Source of the DNA: Acidobacteriota bacterium | GTDB taxonomy: Bacteria; Acidobacteriota; UBA6911; RPQK01; JAJDTT01 | Direction: 5' to 3' | Assembly (NCBI GenBank): GCA_965209055.1 | Contig: OZ242374.1 | Coordinates: 5,376,001 to 5,440,000, forward strand | DNA: 64,000 nucleotides | In this document: one piece after another, positions 16,790 through 26,986 of the stretch | Position numbering within the stretch: position 1 is the stretch's first letter | Layout of the letters: the number at the start of each line of letters is the position of its first letter | Made by a program: the position numbers and the translations under genes | Notes under the pieces: model-generated | What the model was told of the DNA's origin: nothing | The model's input: the letters and a program-made list of their open reading frames with translations, nothing else | The model's database searches: none

Positions 16790-18955
16790 TCACCGCAGGG
16801 GATTGCCACTGCCTGCCTTGACCTCGCTCGCCGAGACCGGAGAAGCTTCTTGCGGCGAGCGGGTACGATCTCTTGCAGGAGTCAGCTGTTGGAGGATCTC
16901 AAGCCGCCGGAACGACAATTCCAGTCTTCCGGCATCCCGATAGGCCAGGGCCAACTGGTAGTGGGCGGATTCGGACAACGGGTCCAGTTCGAGCGCACGG
17001 CGGAAGGCTTGGATTGCCTCTTCGAAGCGTTCTTGAGCCCGATAGACTCGTCCGCGCAATAGATAGATATCCGGGTCGCTCGCCCGAATTTGCTCCGCTT
17101 CGTCCAGCTCTGCCAGCACCTGAAAGAAGTAAGGCTTTCCCTTACGGAAGAGGAAGCCGGCCAACGCCGTCGAGACCATCACATCCGGGGGTGGACGCTC
17201 ATTCCTGGTTTGGAGGACTTGAATGGCCTCATCCACTTGTCCCATGGATTCGTAGGCCTGAGCCAGAGGCATATAGGCCTCCACCTGAGCAGCGTTCCGC
17301 GCGATCAACTGGCGGAGAATAGCCGTAGCCCGTTCATATTCACCCGCAGCACTATAAGTGCGTCCGAGGTGCAACTCGAGATCCGTCGAATCGGGTATTG
17401 TCTTGCACCCTCGCTCCAGAACCTCAATGGCCTCTGTGAACTCCTGTCCCTCCCGAAATAATTCAGCCAGAACCAGATAGTTCCTTCCGATCCCAGGAGC
17501 CAGTCTCACCCCCAACTGGAGATGTTCGATTGCCTTTTGCTTCTGCTTGGTGTTGAGATAGCTGATCCCAGCCACAGTGGCTGCAGCCCCCTTCAGATCT
17601 GGCCTCACCGCTTCATTCTTCAGGATCTCAAGGGCATGGCGAAGGGCGTCCGAGTAAGCTCCGCCCTGGCTTTGCAAAATCGCCATATTCAGTTTGGCTT
17701 CCGGAGCGGAATGAATCTCGGTTTCTCCCCTTAAGAACTGGCCTAAGGCCAGATCCTGCTCCTGCTGCTCATATAGAAACTGCCCTAGTTCCAGGTGGAT
17801 CGCCTTTCGAGGGAGGTTCAGACGGGAAAGGCGACGAAGGTAGTGGCGGGCTTTTCCCTTATCGCCACCCAGGACGCTCAGCTTGACCAAGTCCGAGAGA
17901 AACAGCGGGTGGTCCGGGCTCAGGGCCAACAGCCGGCTCATAAACTGCTGAGCTGTCGAGGACTCGACCCCTTCAACCAGAGCCGACACCACCCGATCAT
18001 GGACTTCGGGCGAGCCAGCGCCGGCCATCAATACCTTCTTTAGCACGGCCAGCCCATCCCGAGTGCGGCCGAGCCCCAGACGAACCGAGCCCAGGAGGAG
18101 ATGGTTTTCCAAATTTTCAGCTTCCTGCGCGAGGGCTTTCTGGATTTCCCGCTCCGCAGCCGCATAGTCTTTCCGGCCCAGATTGACACGCGTCAGCAGG
18201 CGATGAAAATCAGGATGACCCGAGAGTTGAGGGCGCAGCGCAATCAGCAGGTCTCCTGTCTCCTGAAATTTGTCCAGTTGTAGCCAAGCTTCCCCCAGCA
18301 CCAGCGCGTAAGCCGGCTGCGAGGAATCGAGCTGGTGAGCCCTCCACAATCTGTCCGCGGCCTCTTCGTAAAAACCCGCACCCAGCAAGACCGATCCCAG
18401 ACGACCCAGAATCGGCGCATGGTCTTGATATTGACGCGAAATCCTCTCGACCTTTTCGAAACCCTGCAGAATCTTCTGTTCATCCAGATCGATCTGCAGT
18501 TCCAGCAAGTCCAGTCGAAGATCGCTGGAAACCAGACCTCTGCCGCGCGAAATGGTTTGCCGGGCCACTCGAAACTCCTGCAGCGAGGCTTCGATCTGTG
18601 CCCGTGCCACCAGGATGTCGATCGTCGATGGGGACAAGGTCTCGGCCGTCTTCAGGCACGTGTAAGCTTCTGCAAAACGACCCGCAGCCGCGAGAGTGAT
18701 GCCGAGACGGAACTGGGCATCCGCACTGTCAGGCCTCAGACGGGTTGCCTCTTGAAACTGATCCGCTGCCTCACGGAGACGGTTCTGATTGAATGCTGAC
18801 TGCCCCTCCTGCATCACAGAGACAAATCGATCGTCACTTTGTCCCGAGTGCGATCCTGCTTGAGGGAAACCGCTCGATCCCACAGGGGCGGACAGGCCTC
18901 GACCCCCGATCAGAACCCCCAGCAAAATAAACAGGAGTGCCCTTCTTGCAGCCAT
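16790..18955 (-). CDS. Exported multi-TPR protein
   Basis: Signal-like N-terminus MAARRALLFILLG; many TPR units (EEAIQAFRRALELDP..AHYQLALAY). Confidence 0.85.
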   Translation of the reverse strand: MAARRALLFILLGVLIGGRGLSAPVGSSGFPQAGSHSGQSDDRFVSVMQEGQSAFNQNRLREAADQFQEATRLRPDSADAQFRLGITLAAAGRFAEAYTCLKTAETLSPSTIDILVARAQIEASLQEFRVARQTISRGRGLVSSDLRLDLLELQIDLDEQKILQGFEKVERISRQYQDHAPILGRLGSVLLGAGFYEEAADRLWRAHQLDSSQPAYALVLGEAWLQLDKFQETGDLLIALRPQLSGHPDFHRLLTRVNLGRKDYAAAEREIQKALAQEAENLENHLLLGSVRLGLGRTRDGLAVLKKVLMAGAGSPEVHDRVVSALVEGVESSTAQQFMSRLLALSPDHPLFLSDLVKLSVLGGDKGKARHYLRRLSRLNLPRKAIHLELGQFLYEQQEQDLALGQFLRGETEIHSAPEAKLNMAILQSQGGAYSDALRHALEILKNEAVRPDLKGAAATVAGISYLNTKQKQKAIEHLQLGVRLAPGIGRNYLVLAELFREGQEFTEAIEVLERGCKTIPDSTDLELHLGRTYSAAGEYERATAILRQLIARNAAQVEAYMPLAQAYESMGQVDEAIQVLQTRNERPPPDVMVSTALAGFLFRKGKPYFFQVLAELDEAEQIRASDPDIYLLRGRVYRAQERFEEAIQAFRRALELDPLSESAHYQLALAYRDAGRLELSFRRLEILQQLTPARDRTRSPQEASPVSASEVKAGSGNPLR

Positions 18956-18981
18956 ATTCAACCGCTCGCAGCTCAATCGAT

Positions 18982-20109
18982 TTAAACCACCGTACATTTC
19001 ACCGGGAAACAGCTGTTCAGCTCGTAGCCGTCCCGGCGATTGGGGTCACGGGTGAGAGGTTGGTGATTTCCCGCTCGGTCCCATGCCCGGCTGAGGAGCA
19101 CGTGTTGGCCGCTGCCGGCTTCCCATGCACAGCGCCACCGCACCCACGTGAAGGGGAGAGGCTTCGACTCGAGCTCGGTCGGATTCCAAGTGCGGCCTCC
19201 ATCGAAGCTGACTTCGACTCCTTCGACCTCGCTGGCTCCCGACCAGGCAAATCCCCACACCGTATGGCGGCCCGGAGGCCAACGGCTTTCGTGGACTGGA
19301 ACGGCGATCCTCGACTTGATGAGAAGACTGGACACCCGGGACGTTATCACTCCTCCCTCAGCAGTTCCCACCTCTCTCAGGTAAAGCCGGTCCATTCCAC
19401 TCGAGTAGAAGGCGTCCGGACGATCCTCCTCTTTGAGGATCACAATGCGGCTCAACCATTTGACCGAATCGGTAGCATAGTGTCCGGGAACCAGGGCGCG
19501 TGCGGGAAATCCGTGTTCTGACGGAAGAAATCGGCCGTTCATTTTGAATGCCACCAGGGTCTCAGGAGCCATACACTTTCTGAGAGGGACGATCCGGGTA
19601 AAAGGATAGCTCGGAAGCGACGGCCCCAGACTTCCGGAATCAGCTCCTTGGAGCAGGACCCTAGAGGCCCCTTCCCTAACACCCGCTCTACGCAGCAGGG
19701 CGGACACCATCACTCCTTCCCACAGAGCGTTGCTGGCGGCAAGGTTGTCGCCTCCGAGGTCGAACCCGGCACACTCCAGAACCGCCTCCAACCGTGTGAT
19801 CTCGGCCTCGAGCAAATCACTCATCTGAATCTCAAATGGACGGGCGACATGGCCTTCGACCCGAAGCCTCCAGCTCTGCAACGACAGATTCGGCTCCGGG
19901 AAATGGCTGCGAACAAAAAAGAGATCGTTGGGAGTCAGCCTCCCTTCGACTGCCCGAAGGGTCGTGGACCCCAATATTGGCTGCCCGCGCAGGGATCGAG
20001 TCCACGGGGCCATCACCAAGCCAGACAGGATGGTGAACCAAGTCCGGCGGGGCAACGCTTCTGAAATCGGTCGCGATTCCAGTTGACTCAAATTCCTACG
20101 CTTCGTCAT
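18982..20109 (-). CDS. Sulfite oxidase family molybdopterin oxidoreductase
   Basis: LTPNDLFFVRSH, LECAG (Mo-ligating Cys), HGFPAR, VKWL, Mo-co dimerisation domain; start placed at 20109. Confidence 0.9.
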   Translation of the reverse strand: MTKRRNLSQLESRPISEALPRRTWFTILSGLVMAPWTRSLRGQPILGSTTLRAVEGRLTPNDLFFVRSHFPEPNLSLQSWRLRVEGHVARPFEIQMSDLLEAEITRLEAVLECAGFDLGGDNLAASNALWEGVMVSALLRRAGVREGASRVLLQGADSGSLGPSLPSYPFTRIVPLRKCMAPETLVAFKMNGRFLPSEHGFPARALVPGHYATDSVKWLSRIVILKEEDRPDAFYSSGMDRLYLREVGTAEGGVITSRVSSLLIKSRIAVPVHESRWPPGRHTVWGFAWSGASEVEGVEVSFDGGRTWNPTELESKPLPFTWVRWRCAWEAGSGQHVLLSRAWDRAGNHQPLTRDPNRRDGYELNSCFPVKCTVV

Positions 20110-20581
20110 CGGCCGCTCTGACGCGCCTCCTGTCTTCTGAGAACCGTCCTTCCGAATTAGCAGAACATGGAGAAGTAATTCCAACGATAGCAAAAACTTC
20201 TCCCGGGGACGTACCGGCTCTGCTGTAACATGGAGATGTGGCTTATCATCGCGCCTTCGTCGACGAAGAACCGGGATCATGGACGGGATCCGGAGATGCT
20301 CCAGACGAAGAAGGGAAAACAGTGGAATTTCAGGAGGAAGGCGCTACTCGATGCTGCGCGGAACTCTCACCACGGACTTTTCGACTGCGGCGCCTTCAGC
20401 CTGACTCTGGGTTTTGAGGTCTTGCGGGGAACGCCCACCAAAGCGTCCCGATTCCAGCCCAAGAATCGGACTTCCCGCATTGGTCCTGGCTCGTGTGGTA
20501 AGAGCGCTAAGGGGTTGCGACTTGCATCGTAGTTTCAGTATCGTGGAGAATATATAATTTATATTTTGGAGACGAAGCGGC

Positions 20582-21763
20582 ATGGGGACGAGTAGAACAA
20601 CCGATATCATCATCATTGGTGCTGGCGTGTATGGTTGCAGTGTCGCATACAATCTGGCCAAGAACGGCGCTAGGAATGTGGTGCTCCTTGAACGTAAGGC
20701 GATTTGCTCGGGAGGCACGGGGAAATCTTGCGCCGCCTCGCGCACCCACTATTCGATCCAGACAAACCTCATCCATGCCGTCGAAAGCTTGAAGATATTC
20801 GAGGATTTCCCCGAGATCGTTGGCGGCGATGCCGGTTTTCGCCGTACGGGCTACTTGATCCTTGGCCCAGAGGGATACGGCGAACCGATGCAGGCCGTGT
20901 TTCGCAGACAAAATGAATATGGTATCGACACCCAGACAGTCTCGCGTGATGAAGCCGCGCGGATCCACCCTCTGCTCTATCTCGACGATGTTGACGTCAT
21001 CGGCTACGACACACGTGGCGGTTACTGCGATCCCTACTTGACCACGACGTCTTACGCTCGGCGCGCTCAAGAGCTAGGGGTGACCATACAGACCAATACT
21101 CCGGTGACCGGCATCCGCCTTAATGGGGAAGTAAAGACCGTCCAGACTCCCCGCGGCGACTTCGAATGCTCGATAGTAGTTCTGGCCGCTGGTCCGTGGA
21201 CCCAGGTGCTCGGGCAAATGATCGGTGTCGAGTTTCCTTATGTCGTTAGCCGGCACAAAGTCATCACGCTAAAAAGCGATCAACCCTACCAATACGACTG
21301 GCCCATTGTGAAAGACCTGACGACGCCTGACAAAATATATCTTCGATCGGACAGCGGAGGAACGGTGCTCATCGGCACGGGTGACCACGGTGACCCGATT
21401 GACGATCCGGATTCCCTAACCGACCATGTCGATCAAGCGCACATCGCCCGCATCGACGCCTTGATTTCCAAACGGATGCCTGAGTTTTTCGCCAAGGCAG
21501 AATGCACGGCAACCTGGACCGGCCCTTACGATATTACCCCCGATTGGAACCCGCTGGTGGGCCCGGTACCGGGCCTGGAGGATATTTACGTTGCCGTTGG
21601 GTTCAGTGGCCACGGCTTCAAGCTGGCCCCGACGATTGGCGAAGCTTTGGCTCAGAGCGTGCTTGGCCTGGAACCTCGAGTGCCCATCAGCGAGTACTCC
21701 ATGACACGCTTGAGCCAGGGAGAAGCGCTACACGGCGCATACGGGATTGGCTCAATTTCGTAG
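20582..21763 (+). CDS. FAD-dependent oxidoreductase (DAO / sarcosine oxidase beta-like)
   Basis: IIGAGVYG, YDITPDWNP, GFSGHGFKLAP. Confidence 0.9.
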   Translation: MGTSRTTDIIIIGAGVYGCSVAYNLAKNGARNVVLLERKAICSGGTGKSCAASRTHYSIQTNLIHAVESLKIFEDFPEIVGGDAGFRRTGYLILGPEGYGEPMQAVFRRQNEYGIDTQTVSRDEAARIHPLLYLDDVDVIGYDTRGGYCDPYLTTTSYARRAQELGVTIQTNTPVTGIRLNGEVKTVQTPRGDFECSIVVLAAGPWTQVLGQMIGVEFPYVVSRHKVITLKSDQPYQYDWPIVKDLTTPDKIYLRSDSGGTVLIGTGDHGDPIDDPDSLTDHVDQAHIARIDALISKRMPEFFAKAECTATWTGPYDITPDWNPLVGPVPGLEDIYVAVGFSGHGFKLAPTIGEALAQSVLGLEPRVPISEYSMTRLSQGEALHGAYGIGSIS

Positions 21764-21780
21764 TGACGTGGCATCGTCTG

Positions 21781-23469
21781 TTAGCGTAAAGTTCCCGGTT
21801 TGGTCGCGGTGCTTCCTTCTTCCAGAAAAATCAGTTGCCGGGGTTGGACGTTGTAAAGAGAATCGCGGACTCCGCTGGGCCAGGAAACAGTTACTTCCAG
21901 AGGGCCCTCATACTCGCCCAGGCCAAAATGCGCCCGATAGTCACTGGCCGCAAGATAGCTTCCGGAGGACGTGACCTGAGCTGACAAGCGTTTCGGACCG
22001 GCTTGGAGCTCCACAAGAGCTCCGAATCCGTTTCGGTTGGATTGCTTGCCGATCAGTCTCAATTGCAACCAGGGATTTCGGTTGCCCCCCTCATTGCGAA
22101 GCAGTTGCGGGCTTCCACCACAATTGCTGACCAGTACATCGAGGTCTCCATCATTGTCGTAGTCCGCCCATGCCAGACCGCGGCTGACCTGAGGAGCCTT
22201 CAACGCCTTACCCCGTATGGAAGTCACGTCCTGGAAACGAGCGGCCACGTTCTCCAGGAGGACTTTCGGCTGCCGATACATTGCTCCGGTCCGGACCTTC
22301 TCGGCGTTGTCCAGGACGTGGCCGTTGGCGACCAAGAGATCCAAGTCGGCATCGTTGTCCACGTCCACCATGGCCAAGCCGAACCCTACATATGGCCGGG
22401 TGGGAATCTGAACTCCGGTCCGGGAACTCATGTCCTCGAAGTAACCGTCCCCGCGGTTTCTATATAGCGCCAGATATTCCCGATCGAAATTGGTCACCCC
22501 AATGTCGAGGAATCCGTCACCGTTGTAGTCGGCGGCCACGGTTCCCATGCCCGCCTGCTGTTCGCCATTCTCCCCACGAGCCGTGCCCGACAACAATCCT
22601 ATCTCGGAGAAGGTTCCGTCGCCCTCGTTCTTGAAAAGAAAATTGTCAACACTATCGTTGGCTACGTAAACGTCAACCAAGCCGTCCCGATTGTAGTCAA
22701 CCGGAGCCACGCCCAAACCCTTGCCGCTTGGCAGGGCGATGCCGGCCTCTTGACTGACGTCGGAAAAGGCCCCCTTGCCGTCATTTCGGTACAAGACATC
22801 GGAGACGCCGTTGTAAGGTGATTTGCAGTAGGAAACGAGGGATGCATAACGGCAGATCTCATAGTTCTCAAACGAATGATCAAGGTAGCTGGCCACATAA
22901 ATGTCCAAGTCACCGTCATTGTCATAGTCAAGGAACGCGGCACTGGTACTCCAACGGCCATCGCCTCCGACCCCCGCCGCCTGTGTCACATTTCCAAAGG
23001 TTCCGTTCCCATGGTTGCGATAAAGGAGATCCGGCCCGCCAAAATGGGTTAGAAAAAGATCGTCAAAGCCATCGTTGTCGTAATCTCCTACGGCGACCCC
23101 CATTCCATAAAATTGATTCGCCTCAATTCCTGAAGCAGTTACCCGCTGGAAGGTCCCGTCTCCGTGGTTCCGATACAGGACGTGATCGAAGGAGAGACTC
23201 TGGTCAGACCCAGGAGTCCAGCCGCCGTTGACAAGAATAATGTCCAAGTGGCCATCGGCATCGAAATCCAGAAAGCCGCAGCCCGATCCCATGGTTTCGA
23301 CGACGTATTTGTTGGGCGATGGTGAATTTCGGTGGATGAAACTGATCCCGGCGTTTGCGGTCACGTCCAAAAATTTGATGGAGGAATCGGTGGACTGCGA
23401 CAGACCCAATACTCCGGAGGAACCTAGAGCGAGAATGAACGCGCCTACAGCCAACACATGCTGCTTCAT
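21781..23469 (-). CDS. CRTAC1 / ASPIC-UnbV family protein
   Basis: Signal peptide; KYVVETMGSG; FG-GAP repeats; SNRNGFGA...HFGLG...WPSG. Confidence 0.9.
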   Translation of the reverse strand: MKQHVLAVGAFILALGSSGVLGLSQSTDSSIKFLDVTANAGISFIHRNSPSPNKYVVETMGSGCGFLDFDADGHLDIILVNGGWTPGSDQSLSFDHVLYRNHGDGTFQRVTASGIEANQFYGMGVAVGDYDNDGFDDLFLTHFGGPDLLYRNHGNGTFGNVTQAAGVGGDGRWSTSAAFLDYDNDGDLDIYVASYLDHSFENYEICRYASLVSYCKSPYNGVSDVLYRNDGKGAFSDVSQEAGIALPSGKGLGVAPVDYNRDGLVDVYVANDSVDNFLFKNEGDGTFSEIGLLSGTARGENGEQQAGMGTVAADYNGDGFLDIGVTNFDREYLALYRNRGDGYFEDMSSRTGVQIPTRPYVGFGLAMVDVDNDADLDLLVANGHVLDNAEKVRTGAMYRQPKVLLENVAARFQDVTSIRGKALKAPQVSRGLAWADYDNDGDLDVLVSNCGGSPQLLRNEGGNRNPWLQLRLIGKQSNRNGFGALVELQAGPKRLSAQVTSSGSYLAASDYRAHFGLGEYEGPLEVTVSWPSGVRDSLYNVQPRQLIFLEEGSTATKPGTLR

Positions 23470-23911
23470 CTATTCCGTATGCCTTACGGAGCGAAATTAC
23501 GCCCGCACCTAAACAAGCCAACCATGGGGGCCATCAATTTGTTGCTCGTCGAACATGGGATTCCCCCCACAGAAAGGAAATCTTCCGACCTACAGAGTCT
23601 CTCGTCAGCTGTCCGGCGACAGCAACGGTACCTTCTGGAGGCAACCTCTTAGATCGATCACGACATCGGATCGACCGTTCACAGGACCCTATTGTTCATA
23701 ATGCATGGACACCTCTTGGAGCAACTGGTAGTTACCACCTGCAGCGGAAACACGACGGACACAATATTGATCCCAGGCTCCATCGATAGGTTCAAGCCGG
23801 ATCCCGAGTCCTTTAGAAATTGTGGTCTGCTCCATTGATTTGTCGGAAACAGCGATCAATCAGACACAGCGGGGCTACTCATAGGCCGGCATTCGCCAAA
23901 TCCCAGAGGGA

Positions 23912-25618
23912 ATGATCTCTGTTATCCGGAGGCGGCGGGGGGCGTTCGATATCTGGCGAGTCCGCTCACTTGCCGTCTCCCCGCGAACGCTTTTCTGGGT
24001 TATACTTCTCGCAGTGATTCCTTCCGTTTTTCGGCCTTCTCTCTGCGTCGTTTTCCTCATGGGGCCCCTCTCAAGCCTGAATACAGCATGGACAGAAGCT
24101 GCTGCTGAGGAGAAAGTAGTCCAGCGTCACGAGGAGTCCGACGACTATTTCGAGAAGTGGCTAAAGGAGGACGTCGTCTACATCATCAGTGAGGACGAGA
24201 AGGAGGTATTCGAGAACCTTTCCACAGCGCAGGAGAAGGAGAGGTTCATCGAGCAGTTCTGGTTTCGGAGAGATCCAGATCCTCTTACGGCCGCTAACGA
24301 GTTCAAAGAAGAACACTATCGCAGGATCGCCTATGCCAATGAGAGATTCTCCAGCGGAGATCTTGGATGGTTTACGGATCGGGGCCGAGTTTACATCATC
24401 CACGGTCCCCCGGCGCAGATCGAATCCCACCCCGCGGGAGGAACCTATGAACGGCCCTTTATCGAAGGAGGTGGTACGACTTCTACATTTCCCTTCGAGA
24501 TTTGGAGATACCGATACATTGAGGGGATCGGAACGGACGTCGTCATAGAGTTTGTCGATCCCACACTGACCGGGGAATACCGGCTGGCGCTTCGGCCTCA
24601 GGAAAAGGATGCCCTACGCTATGTTTCCGGGACCGGGCTTACCTTCCAGGAGGAGATGGGGCTGGCTTCCAAAGCCGATCGTCATCTTCGCTCCTACACG
24701 GACTTCGGGTCGCAGAGAATCAGGGATCGTCCCTTCGCTCGATACGAGACCTATGTTCAGGTCCAGCGTGCGACACCCGTCAAGTACCGTGACCTGAAGG
24801 GCCTCGTGGATGTCGACGTGACCTTCGATAACCTGCCGTTTTCTCACCGAGTGGATTACTTCGGCCTCAACGACGAGTTGGTTTTGGTGCTGCTCAGTGC
24901 CGAGCTTGAAACCCGGGAACTCACGTTTGACCAGGAAACAATGAACCGTCGAGCCCGGGTAGCCATTTACGGAATCGTGACCAGTCTGTCCAATCAGATC
25001 GCCGGTGAGTTCGAAGCGGAGCTTGTTGCAAGGTGGGAAGCGCACCGCGACCGCTATGCCTTTCAGAGAATTCTTGTCCTGGAGAGGACGGGCAGATACA
25101 AGCTGGGTCTAGTGATCAAGGACCTGAACAGCGGAAAGACCGGGGTCCGGCGCCTGGGTCTGATTCCACCTCGTCCAGAATCCGACCTGACAGCGAGTTC
25201 CGTTTTTCTCTCCAGGTCCGTCAGGCAACTCGAAGAAGTCCCCGATCAGGAAAAAATGTTTGTTCTGGGCAACTTGCATATCCGACCCAGCCTGGACAAC
25301 GTCTTTGGTCCCTCGGATCAGCTTTACCACTACGTTCAGGTTTACAACTTCGCGTTCGATCAGGCGACGATGCTCCCTTCTCTCAAGCTGGAATATGAAA
25401 TCCGACGGGAGGACCGACCGGTATTGAAGGTGATTGAAGACCAGGGAGATTCCATTCAGTTCGTCTCTTCTCAGCGCGTCGTTCTGCTGCAGCCGTTCTC
25501 TCTGAGCAAGCTGCAGGCCGGCCGCTACAAGATCGCTTTGACGGTCACGGATTTGATCGGCGAAGGCGAGGTTCAAGTCACGGACCATTTTGAAGTGACC
25601 CCCAAGACCCCCGGTTGA
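23912..25618 (+). CDS. GWxTD domain protein
   Basis: WLKEDVVYII, FIEQFWFRRDP, NEFKEEHYRRIAYAN, GWFTDRGRVYIIHGPP. Confidence 0.92.
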   Translation: MISVIRRRRGAFDIWRVRSLAVSPRTLFWVILLAVIPSVFRPSLCVVFLMGPLSSLNTAWTEAAAEEKVVQRHEESDDYFEKWLKEDVVYIISEDEKEVFENLSTAQEKERFIEQFWFRRDPDPLTAANEFKEEHYRRIAYANERFSSGDLGWFTDRGRVYIIHGPPAQIESHPAGGTYERPFIEGGGTTSTFPFEIWRYRYIEGIGTDVVIEFVDPTLTGEYRLALRPQEKDALRYVSGTGLTFQEEMGLASKADRHLRSYTDFGSQRIRDRPFARYETYVQVQRATPVKYRDLKGLVDVDVTFDNLPFSHRVDYFGLNDELVLVLLSAELETRELTFDQETMNRRARVAIYGIVTSLSNQIAGEFEAELVARWEAHRDRYAFQRILVLERTGRYKLGLVIKDLNSGKTGVRRLGLIPPRPESDLTASSVFLSRSVRQLEEVPDQEKMFVLGNLHIRPSLDNVFGPSDQLYHYVQVYNFAFDQATMLPSLKLEYEIRREDRPVLKVIEDQGDSIQFVSSQRVVLLQPFSLSKLQAGRYKIALTVTDLIGEGEVQVTDHFEVTPKTPG

Positions 25619-25699
25619 GCGCGCTCCTCCTCCTCGTGGCTTGTGTCCGGGTGGCCAAATCGGCTTGGCGGCGCCTCCCAGGAGGTGTCCACTCGGAAA

Positions 25700-26959
25700 T
25701 CACGAGTTCCCTTTCTCCAACCATATTTCGTCGAAGAGACTCACGTAGATACCACATGGGTTCACCCGGCCCTCCACCTTTTCGGTGGAGTAGCCGTAGT
25801 AGGCACACAGGATTGTGCCGTCCTCCAATTGCGTGGCCTGCGGATATCCGATGTCGGAATTGCCCGGTTCCCACACGCGCAGTTCCTTCATCGTCTTCAG
25901 ATCCCAGCTTCTGCCTTCATCTCGACTCAAGATCGCCCTGACCGAAAAAGGGGGACGACGATGGCCATAAACCAGCAGCAACGCTCCGCTTTGCAAACGC
26001 TTCAGGTAGGCGGGATGACCCCACACGAGCGTCCTGACAGGACGGCTCCAGGTCAAGCCGTTGTCATGTGATTCCGCCTGGTAGAGATAATCCCACCGGG
26101 CATACGGATCATGACGCGCCTCCGTCTTCGTGACCGCGCGAGGCCGGTCGACGCGCAACAGGGCCAACACCTTCCCGTTGGGGCCGGCCAGGATACCGGG
26201 CTCTCCCCACCAGAAAGGGTGGGGGTTGGGAATATGTGAAAAATAGCGCCAGGATCGACCCTCGTCTTCACTGCGCAGGAAAACGGAGGTCCCTCGCATT
26301 CCAGCTCCACCGTAGGACTGGCTGTACGCGGACCCGGCAGCCAGCAGAGCGCCGTCGCTGGTCCGGTCCATGGTGTGGAACTTAAAGTTTGGATAGGGCC
26401 CCACATCCGTCAGGGGTACGGCTTGCACCGAAGGCAAACCGTTCGAGTACGGCATCCAGCCCACCTGCCCCTTTTGGATCAGGGCATAGGAGAGCACGTG
26501 GGATCTCATGAAGGTGATGGTAACCATGCCGCCGTCGTGGAGAGGCTCGCCATAGGACGCATCGACTATCTTGCCGACCCAGGGAGGGCGGTCGGTCGTC
26601 ACCCAGTTATGGCCTCCGTCGTCCGAGATCGACCAGTGATGAACGGACACGGAATGATAGTGGTGGTGAGTTTGCAGATTCTGGAGCTTGTCGATCTCTG
26701 CCATGCCATAGGACAGAACGATCTGTTTCGGGGTCAGGATCACCTGCGGGGCGTTGGCGAAGTATCCCAGGCTGCGCCGCGGCGTACCAAGCGGCGGTGT
26801 GCAGACGGCCACATTCACCTTGGTGCCTGGTGGACGCCCGGAGGGTTCCTGTTCAATAGGGGCGGAAGCCGGACCAGAGGCGAACGCCCTGTGGCCGGCC
26901 AGCGTCGCGCCAGCGGCAGTCCCCACAAAACCTCGACGGGTGATTCGACTCATGATCAT
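25700..26959 (-). CDS. Tat-exported BNR/Asp-box (sialidase-like) protein
   Basis: TRRGFV; Asp-boxes SDDGGHNW, SEDEGRSW, SHDNGLTW, SRDEGRSW; DIGYP. Confidence 0.85.
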   Translation of the reverse strand: MIMSRITRRGFVGTAAGATLAGHRAFASGPASAPIEQEPSGRPPGTKVNVAVCTPPLGTPRRSLGYFANAPQVILTPKQIVLSYGMAEIDKLQNLQTHHHYHSVSVHHWSISDDGGHNWVTTDRPPWVGKIVDASYGEPLHDGGMVTITFMRSHVLSYALIQKGQVGWMPYSNGLPSVQAVPLTDVGPYPNFKFHTMDRTSDGALLAAGSAYSQSYGGAGMRGTSVFLRSEDEGRSWRYFSHIPNPHPFWWGEPGILAGPNGKVLALLRVDRPRAVTKTEARHDPYARWDYLYQAESHDNGLTWSRPVRTLVWGHPAYLKRLQSGALLLVYGHRRPPFSVRAILSRDEGRSWDLKTMKELRVWEPGNSDIGYPQATQLEDGTILCAYYGYSTEKVEGRVNPCGIYVSLFDEIWLEKGNS

Positions 26960-26986
26960 GCCTCCTTTCGCGACGGGAAGGGTGAG

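Noticed and set aside
20110-20520. Possible small cytochrome c gene upstream of the Mo oxidoreductase
   Set aside because: No CxxCH seen in the frames examined; frames are interrupted by stops.
23470-23911. Long intergenic region as ncRNA or riboswitch
   Set aside because: No recognisable conserved RNA motif; an Infernal/Rfam search would be needed.
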